Shown: positions 6,081 through 15,085, numbered from the stretch's first letter. The stretch is DNA of 38,834 nt from Mycobacteriales bacterium (GCA_049694795.1 JBAVRG010000028.1:1-38834), one strand, 5' to 3'. The notes: generated by a model from the sequence alone, not told the origin. A program made the numbers and translations.

Positions 6081-8528
6081 CTAGCCGGTGCGGCGCGGCA
6101 CGATCGGCACCACCGGCAGCGTCGCCGGCATGACCTGGCGCGGGCCGGGGTGCTCCCGGGGGACCGGCACCAGGCCACCCGCCGGGTTCGGGCCCATGGG
6201 GTAGCGGTGCCGCGTGGTCAGGAGCGTCCCGAACGCCTCCGGAGCCATGGGCTTGTCGAACAGGTAGCCCTGCGCGAAGCGGCAGCCGAGGGCCCGCAGC
6301 ACCTGGAGCTGGTCGAGCGTCTCGATGCCCTCGGCGACCGAGTACAGGTCCAGGCTGCGGGACATCTCGAGGACGCTGGCGACGAGCGCGCGGGTGCGGG
6401 GCTCGTCCGCGACGGCCTGCACGAACTCCCGGTCGATCTTGACGGTGCAGGTGTCGAAGCGCCGCAGGTAGCGCAGCGAGGAGTAACCGGTCCCGAAGTC
6501 GTCGACGGCCACCGCGATGCCGATGTCCCGCAGGTCGCGCACGACTTCGACCGCCGTCCCCCAGTCGTCGAGCAGCGCCTCCTCGGTGATCTCCAGCACC
6601 AGCTGGTAGGGCTGCAGCCCGTTCACCTCCAGGACCTCGCGCACCAGGTCGCACAGGCTGGGGTCTCCGAGCTGGCGTGGGCTCAGGTTGACCCCCACCG
6701 AGGCGCGCAGGAGCGGGTCACCGGCGTCGGCTGCCTGCGCCAGCCAGCCCGCCAGGTCGGCAGCAGCGGTGCGCAGCGCGAACTCGCCCAGCTCGTGGAT
6801 GGCCCCCACCTGCTCGGCGAGGGGGACGAAGGTGCTCGGCGGCACGTCGCCGAGCACCGGGTGCCGCCAGCGCAGCAGCGCCTCGGCACCGATGACCTGG
6901 CCGTCCGACAGGTCCACCATCGGCTCGTAGACGACGTGGAACTGCTCCAGCTCCGGGTGCGACACCTCGTCGCGCAGCCGGACGCGGGCAGCTGCCTGGT
7001 CGCGGGCCTGGCCGGCGAGCACCACCACCGTGGAGCGCTGCGGCACCTTGACGGCCTTGGCCTGGTACATCGCGACGTCCACGTGCGACATCGCCACCGC
7101 AGGGGTCGGTGTGTGCCCGGCGTCCGCCACCACGACGCCGATGCTCGCGGTGACCGCGAACGAGCGCTCACCGACGTGCACGGGCTCGTCGAGCGTCGCC
7201 CGGAGCACCTCCCCGAGCAGGCGCACCCGGTGGTCGGTGCGCACGCACACGGCGAACTCGTCCCCTCCGAGCCGCGCGATGACAGCCCCCTCGGGGACCG
7301 CGAACCGCAGCCGGCTGGCGATCTCGCAGAGCACCGCGTCCCCGGTCTCGTGCCCGTGCCTGTCGTTGATGTCCTTGAAGTCGTCGAGGTCGAGCAGGGC
7401 CAGGGCGAGGGTCCGGCGGTCCGGTGCCGCCAGCTGCTCGCCGAGCGACTCGAGCACGGCTGCGCGGTTGCCCAGCCCGGTCAGGGGGTCGCACAGCGAC
7501 GCGGCGTGCGCCTCGCGCTCGCGGTGCTCGAGCCGCTCGATGCTGCGCCGGTGGTCGGCGTTGGTCAGCAGCTGGCGGCTGATCAGGGCGAGGCCGACGA
7601 AGACCGCGACGAACATCTGCGTCTGGCTGAACCGCTGCCCGCGCGCGAGGATGACGCCGTCCATGACGATGGCCGGGAGCACCGCGAGGTACGGCGCCGT
7701 CATCTCCAGCAGGCTGGGTGTCACGTCCTGCCGAGGCACCAGCTGCACCTGGGCGCGCCCCCGCAGCGGCGCGGCAGCGACCAGCAGCGCGAGCCCGGCC
7801 TGGGTGCAGACCGCCGGCCAGGTGGTGGGCGTGTACCAGTCGTGCAGCGTGCCGACGGCGTAGCCGACGTCGCCCGCCATGAGCAGGCCCAGCCCCAGGC
7901 CCACCACGTGCAGGAACGGCCGCAGGTCGCGCTGGACGCGCGGCAGCACGGCGAGCAGGACCGCCACGGCGAACACCGAGCAGAGCGGGTAGGCGAGCGC
8001 GGCGGCCACCGCGAGGCCCTGGTGCGCCGTGGTGCGTGCCATGCCGGTCAGGGTCGGGGCGAGGGCGAAGGCCAGCGCCGAGACGGCGATGGCGGCGTCG
8101 ACGAACGCCCGCAGGCGCCACGGGCCCTCCTGGGGGTGCCTCGGCAGCAGCAGCAGCCCGGCGCCGGCCAGCGGTCCGTAGAGCAGGTAGACCCAGTCGG
8201 ACAGGCCGCCGGCGGGCGACGGTCGGCCGGTGACGAGCAGGTAGCCGGCGGCCGCGACCCCGGAGGTGATGCCCGCCAGCAGCGCGGCCGCGAGCAGGGC
8301 CCGGGAGGCCCGGCCGGGAGCGACGCCCACCCGGAGCAGCACGACGACGGCCACCACTGCGGTGACGGTGCGGACGCCGTACGAGACCCCGGGGGAGACC
8401 GGGACGAGGACGAGCGAACAGGCCGCAACGAGGCACAGCACACCGCCTCGAGCAGACGCCACGACGCAGTCTGTGATCAGGCGCACACGCACAGGAAGCG
8501 CCACGGCCTCAAATGACGTCCGGGCCAC
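6081..8528 (-). CDS. Polytopic membrane GGDEF-EAL protein (diguanylate cyclase/phosphodiesterase)
   Basis: ORF 6081..8528. The N-terminal ~330 aa carry many hydrophobic helices. GGDEF domain: DPLTGLGNR, ARLGGDEFAV, with no RxxD I-site 5 aa upstream. EAL domain: GAEALLRW, EITEE, DDFGTGYSSL, KIDREF, EGIET, QGYLF. The exact start is uncertain. Confidence 0.88.
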   Translation of the reverse strand: MARTSFEAVALPVRVRLITDCVVASARGGVLCLVAACSLVLVPVSPGVSYGVRTVTAVVAVVVLLRVGVAPGRASRALLAAALLAGITSGVAAAGYLLVTGRPSPAGGLSDWVYLLYGPLAGAGLLLLPRHPQEGPWRLRAFVDAAIAVSALAFALAPTLTGMARTTAHQGLAVAAALAYPLCSVFAVAVLLAVLPRVQRDLRPFLHVVGLGLGLLMAGDVGYAVGTLHDWYTPTTWPAVCTQAGLALLVAAAPLRGRAQVQLVPRQDVTPSLLEMTAPYLAVLPAIVMDGVILARGQRFSQTQMFVAVFVGLALISRQLLTNADHRRSIERLEHREREAHAASLCDPLTGLGNRAAVLESLGEQLAAPDRRTLALALLDLDDFKDINDRHGHETGDAVLCEIASRLRFAVPEGAVIARLGGDEFAVCVRTDHRVRLLGEVLRATLDEPVHVGERSFAVTASIGVVVADAGHTPTPAVAMSHVDVAMYQAKAVKVPQRSTVVVLAGQARDQAAARVRLRDEVSHPELEQFHVVYEPMVDLSDGQVIGAEALLRWRHPVLGDVPPSTFVPLAEQVGAIHELGEFALRTAAADLAGWLAQAADAGDPLLRASVGVNLSPRQLGDPSLCDLVREVLEVNGLQPYQLVLEITEEALLDDWGTAVEVVRDLRDIGIAVAVDDFGTGYSSLRYLRRFDTCTVKIDREFVQAVADEPRTRALVASVLEMSRSLDLYSVAEGIETLDQLQVLRALGCRFAQGYLFDKPMAPEAFGTLLTTRHRYPMGPNPAGGLVPVPREHPGPRQVMPATLPVVPIVPRRTG

Positions 8529-8561
8529 CCGAAATGACCAGGCGGGGATGGCCCTTCAGGG

Positions 8562-9356
8562 TCAGGCGCCGCCGGCGGCCGCCACGATCACCTCGGCGAT
8601 GTCGCGCAGCTTGCGGTTGCCGTTCTGAGAGGCCTCCCGCAGGACGGAGAACGCCGTCTCCGGGTCGCACGAGCGCTGCGCCATCACGACGCCCTTGGCC
8701 TGCTCGATGACCGCGCGGGTGCGCATCGCGTCCTGCATCTGCTCGGCGAGCCGGACCGCGTCCCGGTAGCTCGCGGCGTTCGCGAGGGCCACCGCCGCGT
8801 GCCCCGCCAGCATCACCGCCAGTTCGACGTCCGGGGCGTCGAAGGCGCCGGGCAGGACGCCGTACACGTTGAGGGCGCCGAGGACCGCCTGCTGCAGCGG
8901 GAGCGGGATGGACAGCGACGACAGCACGCCGTGCTCGACGCAGAACGGGGTGTAGGCCGGCCAGCGCGTCTCCTCCCGCATGTCGGTGACGTGCACGAGC
9001 TCACCGGCCACCGCGGCGTCGAGGCAGGGACCGTAGCCCGCGGCGTACTGGTGCGCGTCGAGCGCCGCGGCGGCCTCACCCGCGTCGCCGGCGCTGGTGG
9101 CACGACCCCCCTGCACGAGCGTGACCGACACGGCGACGGCGTTGGGGACGCTGCGGAGCACCACGTGCGCGACCTTGTCGAGCACCTGCTCGAGGCTCTC
9201 CTCGGTCAGCAGGGTGCGGCCGAGCTCCTGCAGGGCGCGGGTGACGCCCCAGGTGCCGGACGTCACGGTCAGCAGGCCGGGACTGCCGTCGGGGTCGTCG
9301 GCGAGCAGGTCCGTCGGTTCGACCATCAGCTCCGTCATGTCCGCACGCTCGTCCAC
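8562..9356 (-). CDS. GAF plus ANTAR domain RNA-binding regulator
   Basis: ORF 8562..9356 with a GTG start; AAGGGAG lies 12 nt upstream, and an ATG alternative sits at 9338. C-terminal ANTAR signature: RAVIEQAKGVVMAQRSCDPETAFSVLREASQNGNRKLRDIAEVIV. The central region is GAF-like (YGPCLDA..LSIPL..GALNVY). Confidence 0.85.
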   Translation of the reverse strand: MDERADMTELMVEPTDLLADDPDGSPGLLTVTSGTWGVTRALQELGRTLLTEESLEQVLDKVAHVVLRSVPNAVAVSVTLVQGGRATSAGDAGEAAAALDAHQYAAGYGPCLDAAVAGELVHVTDMREETRWPAYTPFCVEHGVLSSLSIPLPLQQAVLGALNVYGVLPGAFDAPDVELAVMLAGHAAVALANAASYRDAVRLAEQMQDAMRTRAVIEQAKGVVMAQRSCDPETAFSVLREASQNGNRKLRDIAEVIVAAAGGA

Positions 9357-9363
9357 GGCGGCG

Positions 9364-9951
9364 TCACGCTCCCTTCCCGAAGCCGAGCAGGCCGGCGAGG
9401 CCCTCGGCGATGACGTTCACGGGCAGCCGCCGGTTCCACGCGACCTGCGCGCCCGCTCGCTGCAGCAGCACGACCCCCTGGTCGTCCTCAGCGAGACCTG
9501 CTACCAGGGTTCCCGTCGTGAAGCGCGTCAACCGCGCCACCACGTCCGGGCCGGTCCGCAGTGGGAGGGTCTGGCCGACGACCGCCAGGTCGGGCTGCAC
9601 GGCGACGACCACCCCGACCGCCGTCGCCCCGTCGGACAGGCGCGTCAGCACCTCGATGCCCGCCTCCTCGAGTGCCGCGGTCATCTTGTCGGCCAGCCAG
9701 TCGTGGTGGTGGACGACGACCGCCCTCGGGCGCTTCCCGGTGCTCACCAGCGGGTGGGACTCGATCGCCTGCTGCTCGGCCGCGTGCGCCGCCTCGCGCA
9801 GCATCGCGTCCCGGCGATCCTCCCTGCTGTGGTGTCCTGAGGCAGCGGCCTGGGCGGCGGCCGCCGCGGCCGCCCACGCCTCGATGGAGGCCGCGCGCTC
9901 GCGGGCGAGCTGCTCAGGGGACCGCGCGGTCCACTGCGGAATGTCGTGCAT
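9364..9951 (-). CDS. Receiver-like (pseudo-receiver) protein with an Ala/Glu-rich helical N-terminus
   Basis: ORF 9364..9951. ATG is preceded by GAGGAG at 4 nt; high G/C at codon position 3. CheY-like strand pattern RAVVVHHHDW / IEVLT / PDLAVVGQTLP / TLVAGLAED / QVAWNRRLP, but the acidic pair is HH and the phospho-acceptor position is Gly. Confidence 0.6.
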   Translation of the reverse strand: MHDIPQWTARSPEQLARERAASIEAWAAAAAAAQAAASGHHSREDRRDAMLREAAHAAEQQAIESHPLVSTGKRPRAVVVHHHDWLADKMTAALEEAGIEVLTRLSDGATAVGVVVAVQPDLAVVGQTLPLRTGPDVVARLTRFTTGTLVAGLAEDDQGVVLLQRAGAQVAWNRRLPVNVIAEGLAGLLGFGKGA

Positions 9952-10021
9952 CGTGCTCCTCGGTCGCAGTCACGACCGTCCGGAGAGGCGCTGCCCGCGC
10001 TCCGTCGTGCACCAGGAAACG

Positions 10022-10057
10022 GCCAGCCGAGCCTGCCGGACGGCAGGGGTGGCTGGC
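10022..10057 (-). terminator. Stem-loop downstream of the GNAT gene (candidate intrinsic terminator)
   Basis: GCCAGCC-gag-CCTGCC-ggac-GGCAGG-ggt-GGCTGGC: 13 bp in two helices with a symmetric 3x3 internal loop. On the minus-strand RNA it is followed by CGUUUCC. Confidence 0.4.
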
Positions 10058-10121
10058 TTCTCAACCGACCTGGATCTTACGGGACGGTCACTCGGGCGGG
10101 ACCGCAGGTGAGGCGGCAGTG

Positions 10122-10154
10122 GTGCCAGGCGTGTGCCAGGCGTGTCCTAGGCGT
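10122..10154. repeat. 11-nt tandem repeat, about 3 copies (gtgccaggcgt x2, then gtcctaggcgt)
   Basis: Read directly. Copies lie at 10122..10132, 10133..10143 and 10144..10154, with a degenerate fourth (gtccgcccgcg). The third copy contains the GNAT stop codon (cta = TAG on the minus strand). Confidence 0.85.
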
Positions 10155-10623
10155 GTCCGCCCGCGAGGGCTCCGAGAGCCTCGCCGTCGACGCGCCACAC
10201 CGTCCAGTCGTCCTCAGGGCGGGCACCGAGGGAGCGGTAGAAGCCGTGGGCCGGCTCGTTCCAGTCGAGCACCCACCACTCGAAGCGGGTCCAGCCCTGG
10301 GTGACCGCGGTCCGCGCGAGCTCCACGAGCAGTGCCTTGCCGAGCCCGGTCCCGCGTGCCTCGGGGCGTACGAACAGGTCCTCGAGCCACAGCCCGGGCC
10401 GTCCGGTCCAGGTGCTGAACGTGCGGTACCAGAGCGCGAAGCCCACGACCGCGTCGCCCGCGAGGCCGACGTGGCAGCCGGCAACCGGGTCGGCACCGAA
10501 GAGCGCCGCGTGCAGGTCGGCCTCGGTCGCCACCACGGCGTCCGGCGCGCGCTCGTAGGCAGCGAGAGCGCGCACCAGCTCCAGCAGCACCGGCACGTCG
10601 GCCGGCTCGGCGCGACGGATCAC
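10147..10623 (-). CDS. GNAT-family N-acetyltransferase (158 aa)
   Basis: This is the C-terminal part of the artefactual ORF 10147..11175. GTG 10623 overlaps the upstream stop (GTGA). VIRRAEPADVPVLLELV.. and the acetyl-CoA motif VRPEARGTGLGKALL. Confidence 0.85.
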   Translation of the reverse strand: MIRRAEPADVPVLLELVRALAAYERAPDAVVATEADLHAALFGADPVAGCHVGLAGDAVVGFALWYRTFSTWTGRPGLWLEDLFVRPEARGTGLGKALLVELARTAVTQGWTRFEWWVLDWNEPAHGFYRSLGARPEDDWTVWRVDGEALGALAGGHA

Positions 10624-11171
10624 GTGTTCCACCCCCTCATGGCGGGCCAGTCGTGCTCGTGCCCGAGGACGCCGATGCGGCAGGGCTCCAGCACCCAGTG
10701 CTTGCCGGCCCGCGGGTCCATGCCGAGGTAGACGGCCGTGAGGATCCGCAGCACGTGACCGTGGGCCACCAGGCAGACGTCGCCCGCCTCGGGCAGTCGG
10801 GCCAGCACCCGCCGTACCCGGGTCGCGACGTCGTCGACGGTCTCGCCGAGAGGCACGTCGTCCCAGACGCGCCAGGGCCTCTCGGCGCTCATCTCCTGGG
10901 TGGTCCGGCCCTCCGCGGGTCCGTAGTCCCACTCGACCAGGTCGGGCTCGGGTGTGGGGGACAGGCCGGCGAGCTCCGCCGTGCGCCAGGCCCGCTGCAA
11001 GGGGCTCGCGAGGACCGCGGCCCAGGGCCGGTCCAGCCGTGGGGTGAGGGCCTTCGCTGCCTGCTCGCCCTCGGGGGTGAGCGGGACGTCGGAGCGCCCC
11101 GTGTGCTTGTGGGCTCTGGACCACTCGGTCTCGCCGTGCCGCACCAGCCAGATCTCGCGCATGCCCCACAT
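10620..11171 (-). CDS. Histidine phosphatase family protein (phosphoglycerate mutase-like, Rv3214-like)
   Basis: ORF 10620..11171. REIWLVRHGETEWS (RHG catalytic motif), LTPEGEQAA, VAHGHVLR. The start may be ATG 11171 or ATG 11162. Confidence 0.85.
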   Translation of the reverse strand: MWGMREIWLVRHGETEWSRAHKHTGRSDVPLTPEGEQAAKALTPRLDRPWAAVLASPLQRAWRTAELAGLSPTPEPDLVEWDYGPAEGRTTQEMSAERPWRVWDDVPLGETVDDVATRVRRVLARLPEAGDVCLVAHGHVLRILTAVYLGMDPRAGKHWVLEPCRIGVLGHEHDWPAMRGWNT

Positions 11172-11178
11172 GCAAGCA

Positions 11179-11206
11179 GCCCGGTCCCTGCAGGCAGGGA
11201 CCGGGC
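11179..11206 (-). terminator. Strong GC hairpin in the sodN 3' UTR (candidate terminator or 3' end-stabilising stem)
   Basis: GCCCGGTCCCTG-cagg-CAGGGACCGGGC, about 12 bp perfect. It begins 21 nt after the sodN stop. On the minus-strand RNA it is followed by UGCUUGCAUG, and the AUG in that stretch is the 11171 start of the next gene. Confidence 0.55.
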
Positions 11207-11226
11207 CGCGAGGACGCGCCGGGCTG

Positions 11227-11625
11227 TCAGGCCTTCTTGGTCTCCCAGAAGATGGCGTCGATCTTGGCGATGCCGTCGAGGAGCTTCTGGCCCTCGGCCG
11301 GGTCCATCGACTGCTTGCTGCCGGTGCCGCTCGCCAGCTTGATGGTGTCGTTGAAGAGCGTGTGCAGCTCGGGGTACTTCTCGAAGTGCGGGGCCTTGAA
11401 GTAGTCGTGCCACAGGACCGCGAGGTGGTGCTTCACGAGCTCCGCGCGCTGCTCCTTGATCAGCACGGCGCGCTGCCGGAACACCGGGTCCTCGTTGCCC
11501 TGGTACTTCTCCTGGATGGCCTTGACCGACTCGGCCTCGATGCGCGCCTGCGCGGGGTCGTAGACGCCGCAAGGCAGGTCGCAGTGGGCGGAGACGACGG
11601 TCTTCGGCTTGAGGAACAGCATCAT
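11227..11625 (-). CDS. sodN: Nickel-containing superoxide dismutase precursor (NiSOD)
   Basis: ORF 11227..11625. MMLFLKPKTVVSA pro-peptide followed by the Ni-hook HCDLPCGVYDP. The rest (IQEKYQGNEDPVFRQRAVLIKEQRAELVKHHLAVLWHDYFK) matches Streptomyces SodN. Confidence 0.95.
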   Translation of the reverse strand: MMLFLKPKTVVSAHCDLPCGVYDPAQARIEAESVKAIQEKYQGNEDPVFRQRAVLIKEQRAELVKHHLAVLWHDYFKAPHFEKYPELHTLFNDTIKLASGTGSKQSMDPAEGQKLLDGIAKIDAIFWETKKA

Positions 11626-11678
11626 GTGTCCTTCCGGGTCGGGATTCGCTTTCGACCCTAGTCCGGGAGGGTGATGAC

Positions 11679-11963
11679 GTGCGCATCGGGACCGTCCTCG
11701 TGAGTGGTCCGTCGATGGTCCCCACCCTGCGCGACGGGGACTGCCTGCTGGTGGCCCGGGGCCGGCAGGTGCGTCCGGGCGACCTGGTGGTCGCGCGGTT
11801 CCGGTCGAGGCCGGCGCTGCTGGTGGTGAAGCGCGCGGTGCGGCCGCTGGACGGCGGCTGGGAGCTGGCCTCCGACAACCCCTTCGTCGACGGCCCGACC
11901 GGGGTCGCCGACGTCGAGGCGCGGGTGTTGCTGCGCTACTGGCCGCCGCGAAGGCGCGCGTAG
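11679..11963 (+). CDS. sodX: NiSOD maturation protease SodX (S26 signal-peptidase family)
   Basis: ORF 11679..11963. VSGPSMVPTLRDGDCLLV (catalytic Ser) and LVVKRAV (Lys). It is divergent from sodN across 53 bp, the canonical pairing. Confidence 0.88.
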   Translation: MRIGTVLVSGPSMVPTLRDGDCLLVARGRQVRPGDLVVARFRSRPALLVVKRAVRPLDGGWELASDNPFVDGPTGVADVEARVLLRYWPPRRRA

Positions 11964-12541
11964 AAGGCCACGCACTCCTCGTACGACGGCAGCAGACCGG
12001 TCCGTTGCGCCTCCGCGAAGGTCGGCGCGGCGGCGTCCTTGTCGGACAGCAGGTGCTCGACGTCGTCGGGGAACGGCAGGTCGAGGTCGCTGTCGAGCGG
12101 GTGCACCCCGTGCTCGCCGGTGGGGTTGTAGGGCTCGCTGCACAGGTACGTGACGTTGGCGTCGTCCGTCAGCGCGAGGAACGCGTGCCCGAGCCCCTCG
12201 CTCAGGTAGACCGCCCTGCGGTCCACGTCGTCGAGCCGGACGGCGTCGCTGACGCCGAAGGTCGGTGACCCGACCCGGATGTCCACGATGACGTCGAGGA
12301 CGGCGCCCTTGGTGCAGTAGACGTACTTCGCCTGCCCGGGCGGCACGTCGGCGAAGTGCACGCCACGCAGCGTCCCCTTGCTGCTCACCGAGTGGTTGGC
12401 CTGCTTGACCACCAGGTCGTGCCCGACGACCTCCCGGAAGACGGGGGCCTTGAACCACTCGAGGAACACCCCGCGGGGGTCAGGGTGCTGCTTGGGGGTG
12501 AACACCCAGGCGTCCGGGACCTTCAGCTCGTCGACCTGCAT
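11936..12541 (-). CDS. rmlC: dTDP-4-dehydrorhamnose 3,5-epimerase
   Basis: ORF 11936..12541. [75 protein letters not shown]. It starts 5 nt after the ABC ATPase stop. Confidence 0.92.
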   Translation of the reverse strand: MQVDELKVPDAWVFTPKQHPDPRGVFLEWFKAPVFREVVGHDLVVKQANHSVSSKGTLRGVHFADVPPGQAKYVYCTKGAVLDVIVDIRVGSPTFGVSDAVRLDDVDRRAVYLSEGLGHAFLALTDDANVTYLCSEPYNPTGEHGVHPLDSDLDLPFPDDVEHLLSDKDAAAPTFAEAQRTGLLPSYEECVAFYARLRGGQ

Positions 12542-12546
12542 GCTCG

Positions 12547-13311
12547 TCAGAGGACCTTTCCGAGGAACGCACGGGTGCGCTCCTGCTGCGGGTTGTTGAT
12601 GACGTCCTGCGGGGTGCCGCTCTCGACCACGACGCCGCCGTCCATGAAGACCACGCTGTCCGCGACGTCGCGGGCGAAACCCATCTCGTGCGTGACGACG
12701 ACCATGGTCATGCCCTCCGCGGCGAGGCCGCGCATGACGTCGAGCACCTCACCGACGAGCTCCGGGTCGAGGGCGCTGGTGGGCTCGTCGAAGAGCATGA
12801 GCTTCGGTCGCATCGCGAGGGCGCGGGCGATGGCGACCCGCTGCTGCTGGCCACCGGAGAGCTGGGCGGGGTAGGCGTCGACCTTGTCGGACAGCCCGAC
12901 GCGCTCGAGCAGTGCCCGGGCCGCCTCGACGGCCTCGGCCTTGCGCAGCCCCTTGACCCGGATCGGCGCCTCGACCAGGTTGCCCAGAGCGGTCATGTGC
13001 GGGAACAGGTTGAACCGCTGGAAGACCATGCCGATCTCGGAACGCTTGGCGGCGGTCTCCTTCTCGCGCAGCTCGTGCAGCCGGTCGCCGCTCTGCCGGT
13101 AGCCGACCAGCTCGCCGTCCACCGAGAGCCGGCCGGCGTCGATCTTCTCCAGGTGGTTGATGCAGCGCAGGAACGTCGACTTGCCCGAGCCCGAGGGACC
13201 GAGCAGGCAGCAGACCTGGCCCGGGTTCACGACCAGGTCGATGCCCTTGAGCACCTCCAGTCGACCGAAGCGCTTGTGGACCTTCTCGGCGAGCACCATC
13301 GGCGCGGTCAC
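12547..13311 (-). CDS. Polar amino-acid ABC transporter ATP-binding protein (GlnQ/GluA type)
   Basis: This is the C-terminal part of ORF 12547..13917. GTG 13311 has GGAGGGAG 4 nt upstream and overlaps the permease stop (GTGA); ATG 13299 is an alternative. Walker [10 protein letters not shown], signature [14 protein letters not shown], Walker [13 protein letters not shown]. Confidence 0.9.
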   Translation of the reverse strand: MTAPMVLAEKVHKRFGRLEVLKGIDLVVNPGQVCCLLGPSGSGKSTFLRCINHLEKIDAGRLSVDGELVGYRQSGDRLHELREKETAAKRSEIGMVFQRFNLFPHMTALGNLVEAPIRVKGLRKAEAVEAARALLERVGLSDKVDAYPAQLSGGQQQRVAIARALAMRPKLMLFDEPTSALDPELVGEVLDVMRGLAAEGMTMVVVTHEMGFARDVADSVVFMDGGVVVESGTPQDVINNPQQERTRAFLGKVL

Positions 13312-14216
13312 GGGGCTCCCTCCGTGCGGCCGCTCGAGAGCAGCGCGCGACGGATCCGCTGCAGGGGCGTGGGCGGCAGGCTGCGGCTCGACCCGCGCGA
13401 GAACCGGCGCTCGAGGTAGTACTGCCCGACGCTGAACACGCTCGTGAGCACGAGGTACCAGAGGGCCGCGGCGAACAGCAGCTCCACGATCTGCAGGTTG
13501 TTGGTGTAGACGTTCTGAGCTGCCCTGAGCAGCTCGGGGTAGGTGACGATCGAGGCCAGCGAGCTCGTCTTCAGCATGTTGATGAACTCGTTGCCGGTCG
13601 GCGGGATGATCACCCGCATGGCCTGCGGGAGGACGATCCGCCGCAGCAGCAGCCCACGGGTCATCCCGAGCGCCTGGGCGGCCTCGGTCTGCCCCTCGTC
13701 GACCGCGGAGATGCCGGCTCGCACGATCTCGGCCATGTAGGCGCCCTCGTTGATCCCCAGCCCGAGCAGGGCGGCGACGAACGGCGTCATCAGCTTGTTC
13801 GTGTCGTGGCTGGCCAGCCCGGGCAGTGACAGCGTCGGGAACACGAGGGCGAGGTTGAACCAGATGAGGAGCTGGAGCAGGACGGGGGTGCCGCGGAAGA
13901 ACCAGATGTAGAGCCACGACACGGCGCTCGTGACCGGGTTGGCGGACTGGCGCATGACGGCGAACACGATGCCGAGCGCGATGCCGAGCGCCTGCGCGAG
14001 CACGCTCAGCAGCAGCGTGTTGCCCGCTCCCCTGACGATGGTGTCGAAGGTGAAGAAGTGCTTGGTCGTGGAGTACTTGATGTCGGCCGTGCCGAACGCG
14101 TAGACGAGGAGCCCGAGCAGGGCGAGGACGACGACCCCGCTGGCCCAGCGCCCCCAGTGGCGGACGGGGACAGCGACCAGCTGCTCGGGCGCGGCGCCCG
14201 ATGCAGCCGAGGTCAT
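13308..14216 (-). CDS. Polar amino-acid ABC transporter permease (His/Glu/Gln/Arg/opine family)
   Basis: Within ORF 13308..14267. ATG 14216 overlaps the binding-protein stop (ATGA). Motifs [15 protein letters not shown] and [17 protein letters not shown]. Confidence 0.88.
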   Translation of the reverse strand: MTSAASGAAPEQLVAVPVRHWGRWASGVVVLALLGLLVYAFGTADIKYSTTKHFFTFDTIVRGAGNTLLLSVLAQALGIALGIVFAVMRQSANPVTSAVSWLYIWFFRGTPVLLQLLIWFNLALVFPTLSLPGLASHDTNKLMTPFVAALLGLGINEGAYMAEIVRAGISAVDEGQTEAAQALGMTRGLLLRRIVLPQAMRVIIPPTGNEFINMLKTSSLASIVTYPELLRAAQNVYTNNLQIVELLFAAALWYLVLTSVFSVGQYYLERRFSRGSSRSLPPTPLQRIRRALLSSGRTEGAP

Positions 14217-15085
14217 GAGCCGCCGTTGACCGTCGAGGTCTTGAGCGCGCCCGCGGTCACCTTCCACTTGCTCAGGATCTGGGCGTAGTCGCCGTTGTCG
14301 ATGATCGCCTGCACGGCCTTCTGAAGGGCGTCGCGCAGCGCGGTGTCCTCCTTGCGGACGCCGATGCCGTAGGGGCCGGCCTCGATCTGGTCACCGACCA
14401 CCTCGAAGTCGGGCGACTTGGTCGTCGTGTAGGCGGCGACCGGGAAGTCGTTCATGTCCGCCACCGCCCTGCCCTGCTTGACCTGCAGCAGCGCCTCGGG
14501 GTCGGTGTCGAACTTCAGGACCTTCAGGTCCTTGCCTGCGGCCTTGCACTTCGCCTGCTGCGCGGTGGCGACGTCGTCCTGGGTCGTGCCCCGCTGGAGG
14601 GCGATGGTCTTCCCGCAGAAGTCGTCGAGGTTGTTGATCTTGGCGGGGTTGCCCTTCTTGACGAGGATCGAGGTACCCGCCGTGAAGTAGTCCACGAAGT
14701 CGATCTCGGCTTGCCGCTTCTTGTTGTCGCTCATCGCGCTCATGATGATGTCGATGCGCTTGCTCTTGGTGAGCGAGGCGATCAGGCCGTCGAAGGTGCC
14801 GTTCTGGAACTGGAGCTTGATCCCGAGCTGCGCACCGATGGCCTTGGCGAGGTCGGGGTCGATGCCGACGACGGTCTTGCCGTCCGTGTCGAAGTACTCC
14901 ACGGGGGCGTAGGCGACGTCCGAGCCGACGACCAGCGTGCCCTTGTCGCGAACGGCCTGTGGCAGCAGCGAGGCGAGCGGCGCCGCGCCCTTGGACTGCT
15001 GGACCGTCGGGTTGTCGTTGCTTGAGCCGCAGCCGCTCAGCACCAGCAGGGCTGCGGCGGCGAGGGGAAGAGCGCGAGCCAGCAC
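14213..15085 (-). CDS. Polar amino-acid ABC substrate-binding lipoprotein (SBP family 3)
   Basis: Within ORF 14213..15139. GTG 15085 has AGGAGGA 4 nt upstream. Signal peptide with lipobox LVLSGC. Motifs [16 protein letters not shown] and [13 protein letters not shown]. Confidence 0.88.
   Translation of the reverse strand: MLARALPLAAAALLVLSGCGSSNDNPTVQQSKGAAPLASLLPQAVRDKGTLVVGSDVAYAPVEYFDTDGKTVVGIDPDLAKAIGAQLGIKLQFQNGTFDGLIASLTKSKRIDIIMSAMSDNKKRQAEIDFVDYFTAGTSILVKKGNPAKINNLDDFCGKTIALQRGTTQDDVATAQQAKCKAAGKDLKVLKFDTDPEALLQVKQGRAVADMNDFPVAAYTTTKSPDFEVVGDQIEAGPYGIGVRKEDTALRDALQKAVQAIIDNGDYAQILSKWKVTAGALKTSTVNGGS

Noticed and set aside
6024-8516. Very long ORFs antisense to strong genes: 6024..8516 (+), 17884..20439 (+), 20485..21639 (+), 25046..27025 (-), 32206..34506 (+), 1714..3069 (-), 3265..4215 (+), 15241..16269 (-) and 37831..38697 (-).
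   Set aside because: Their products are R/G/P/A/H-rich with no recognisable motifs. Each lies opposite a gene with clear family signatures. In high-GC DNA the antisense frames of real genes routinely stay open.
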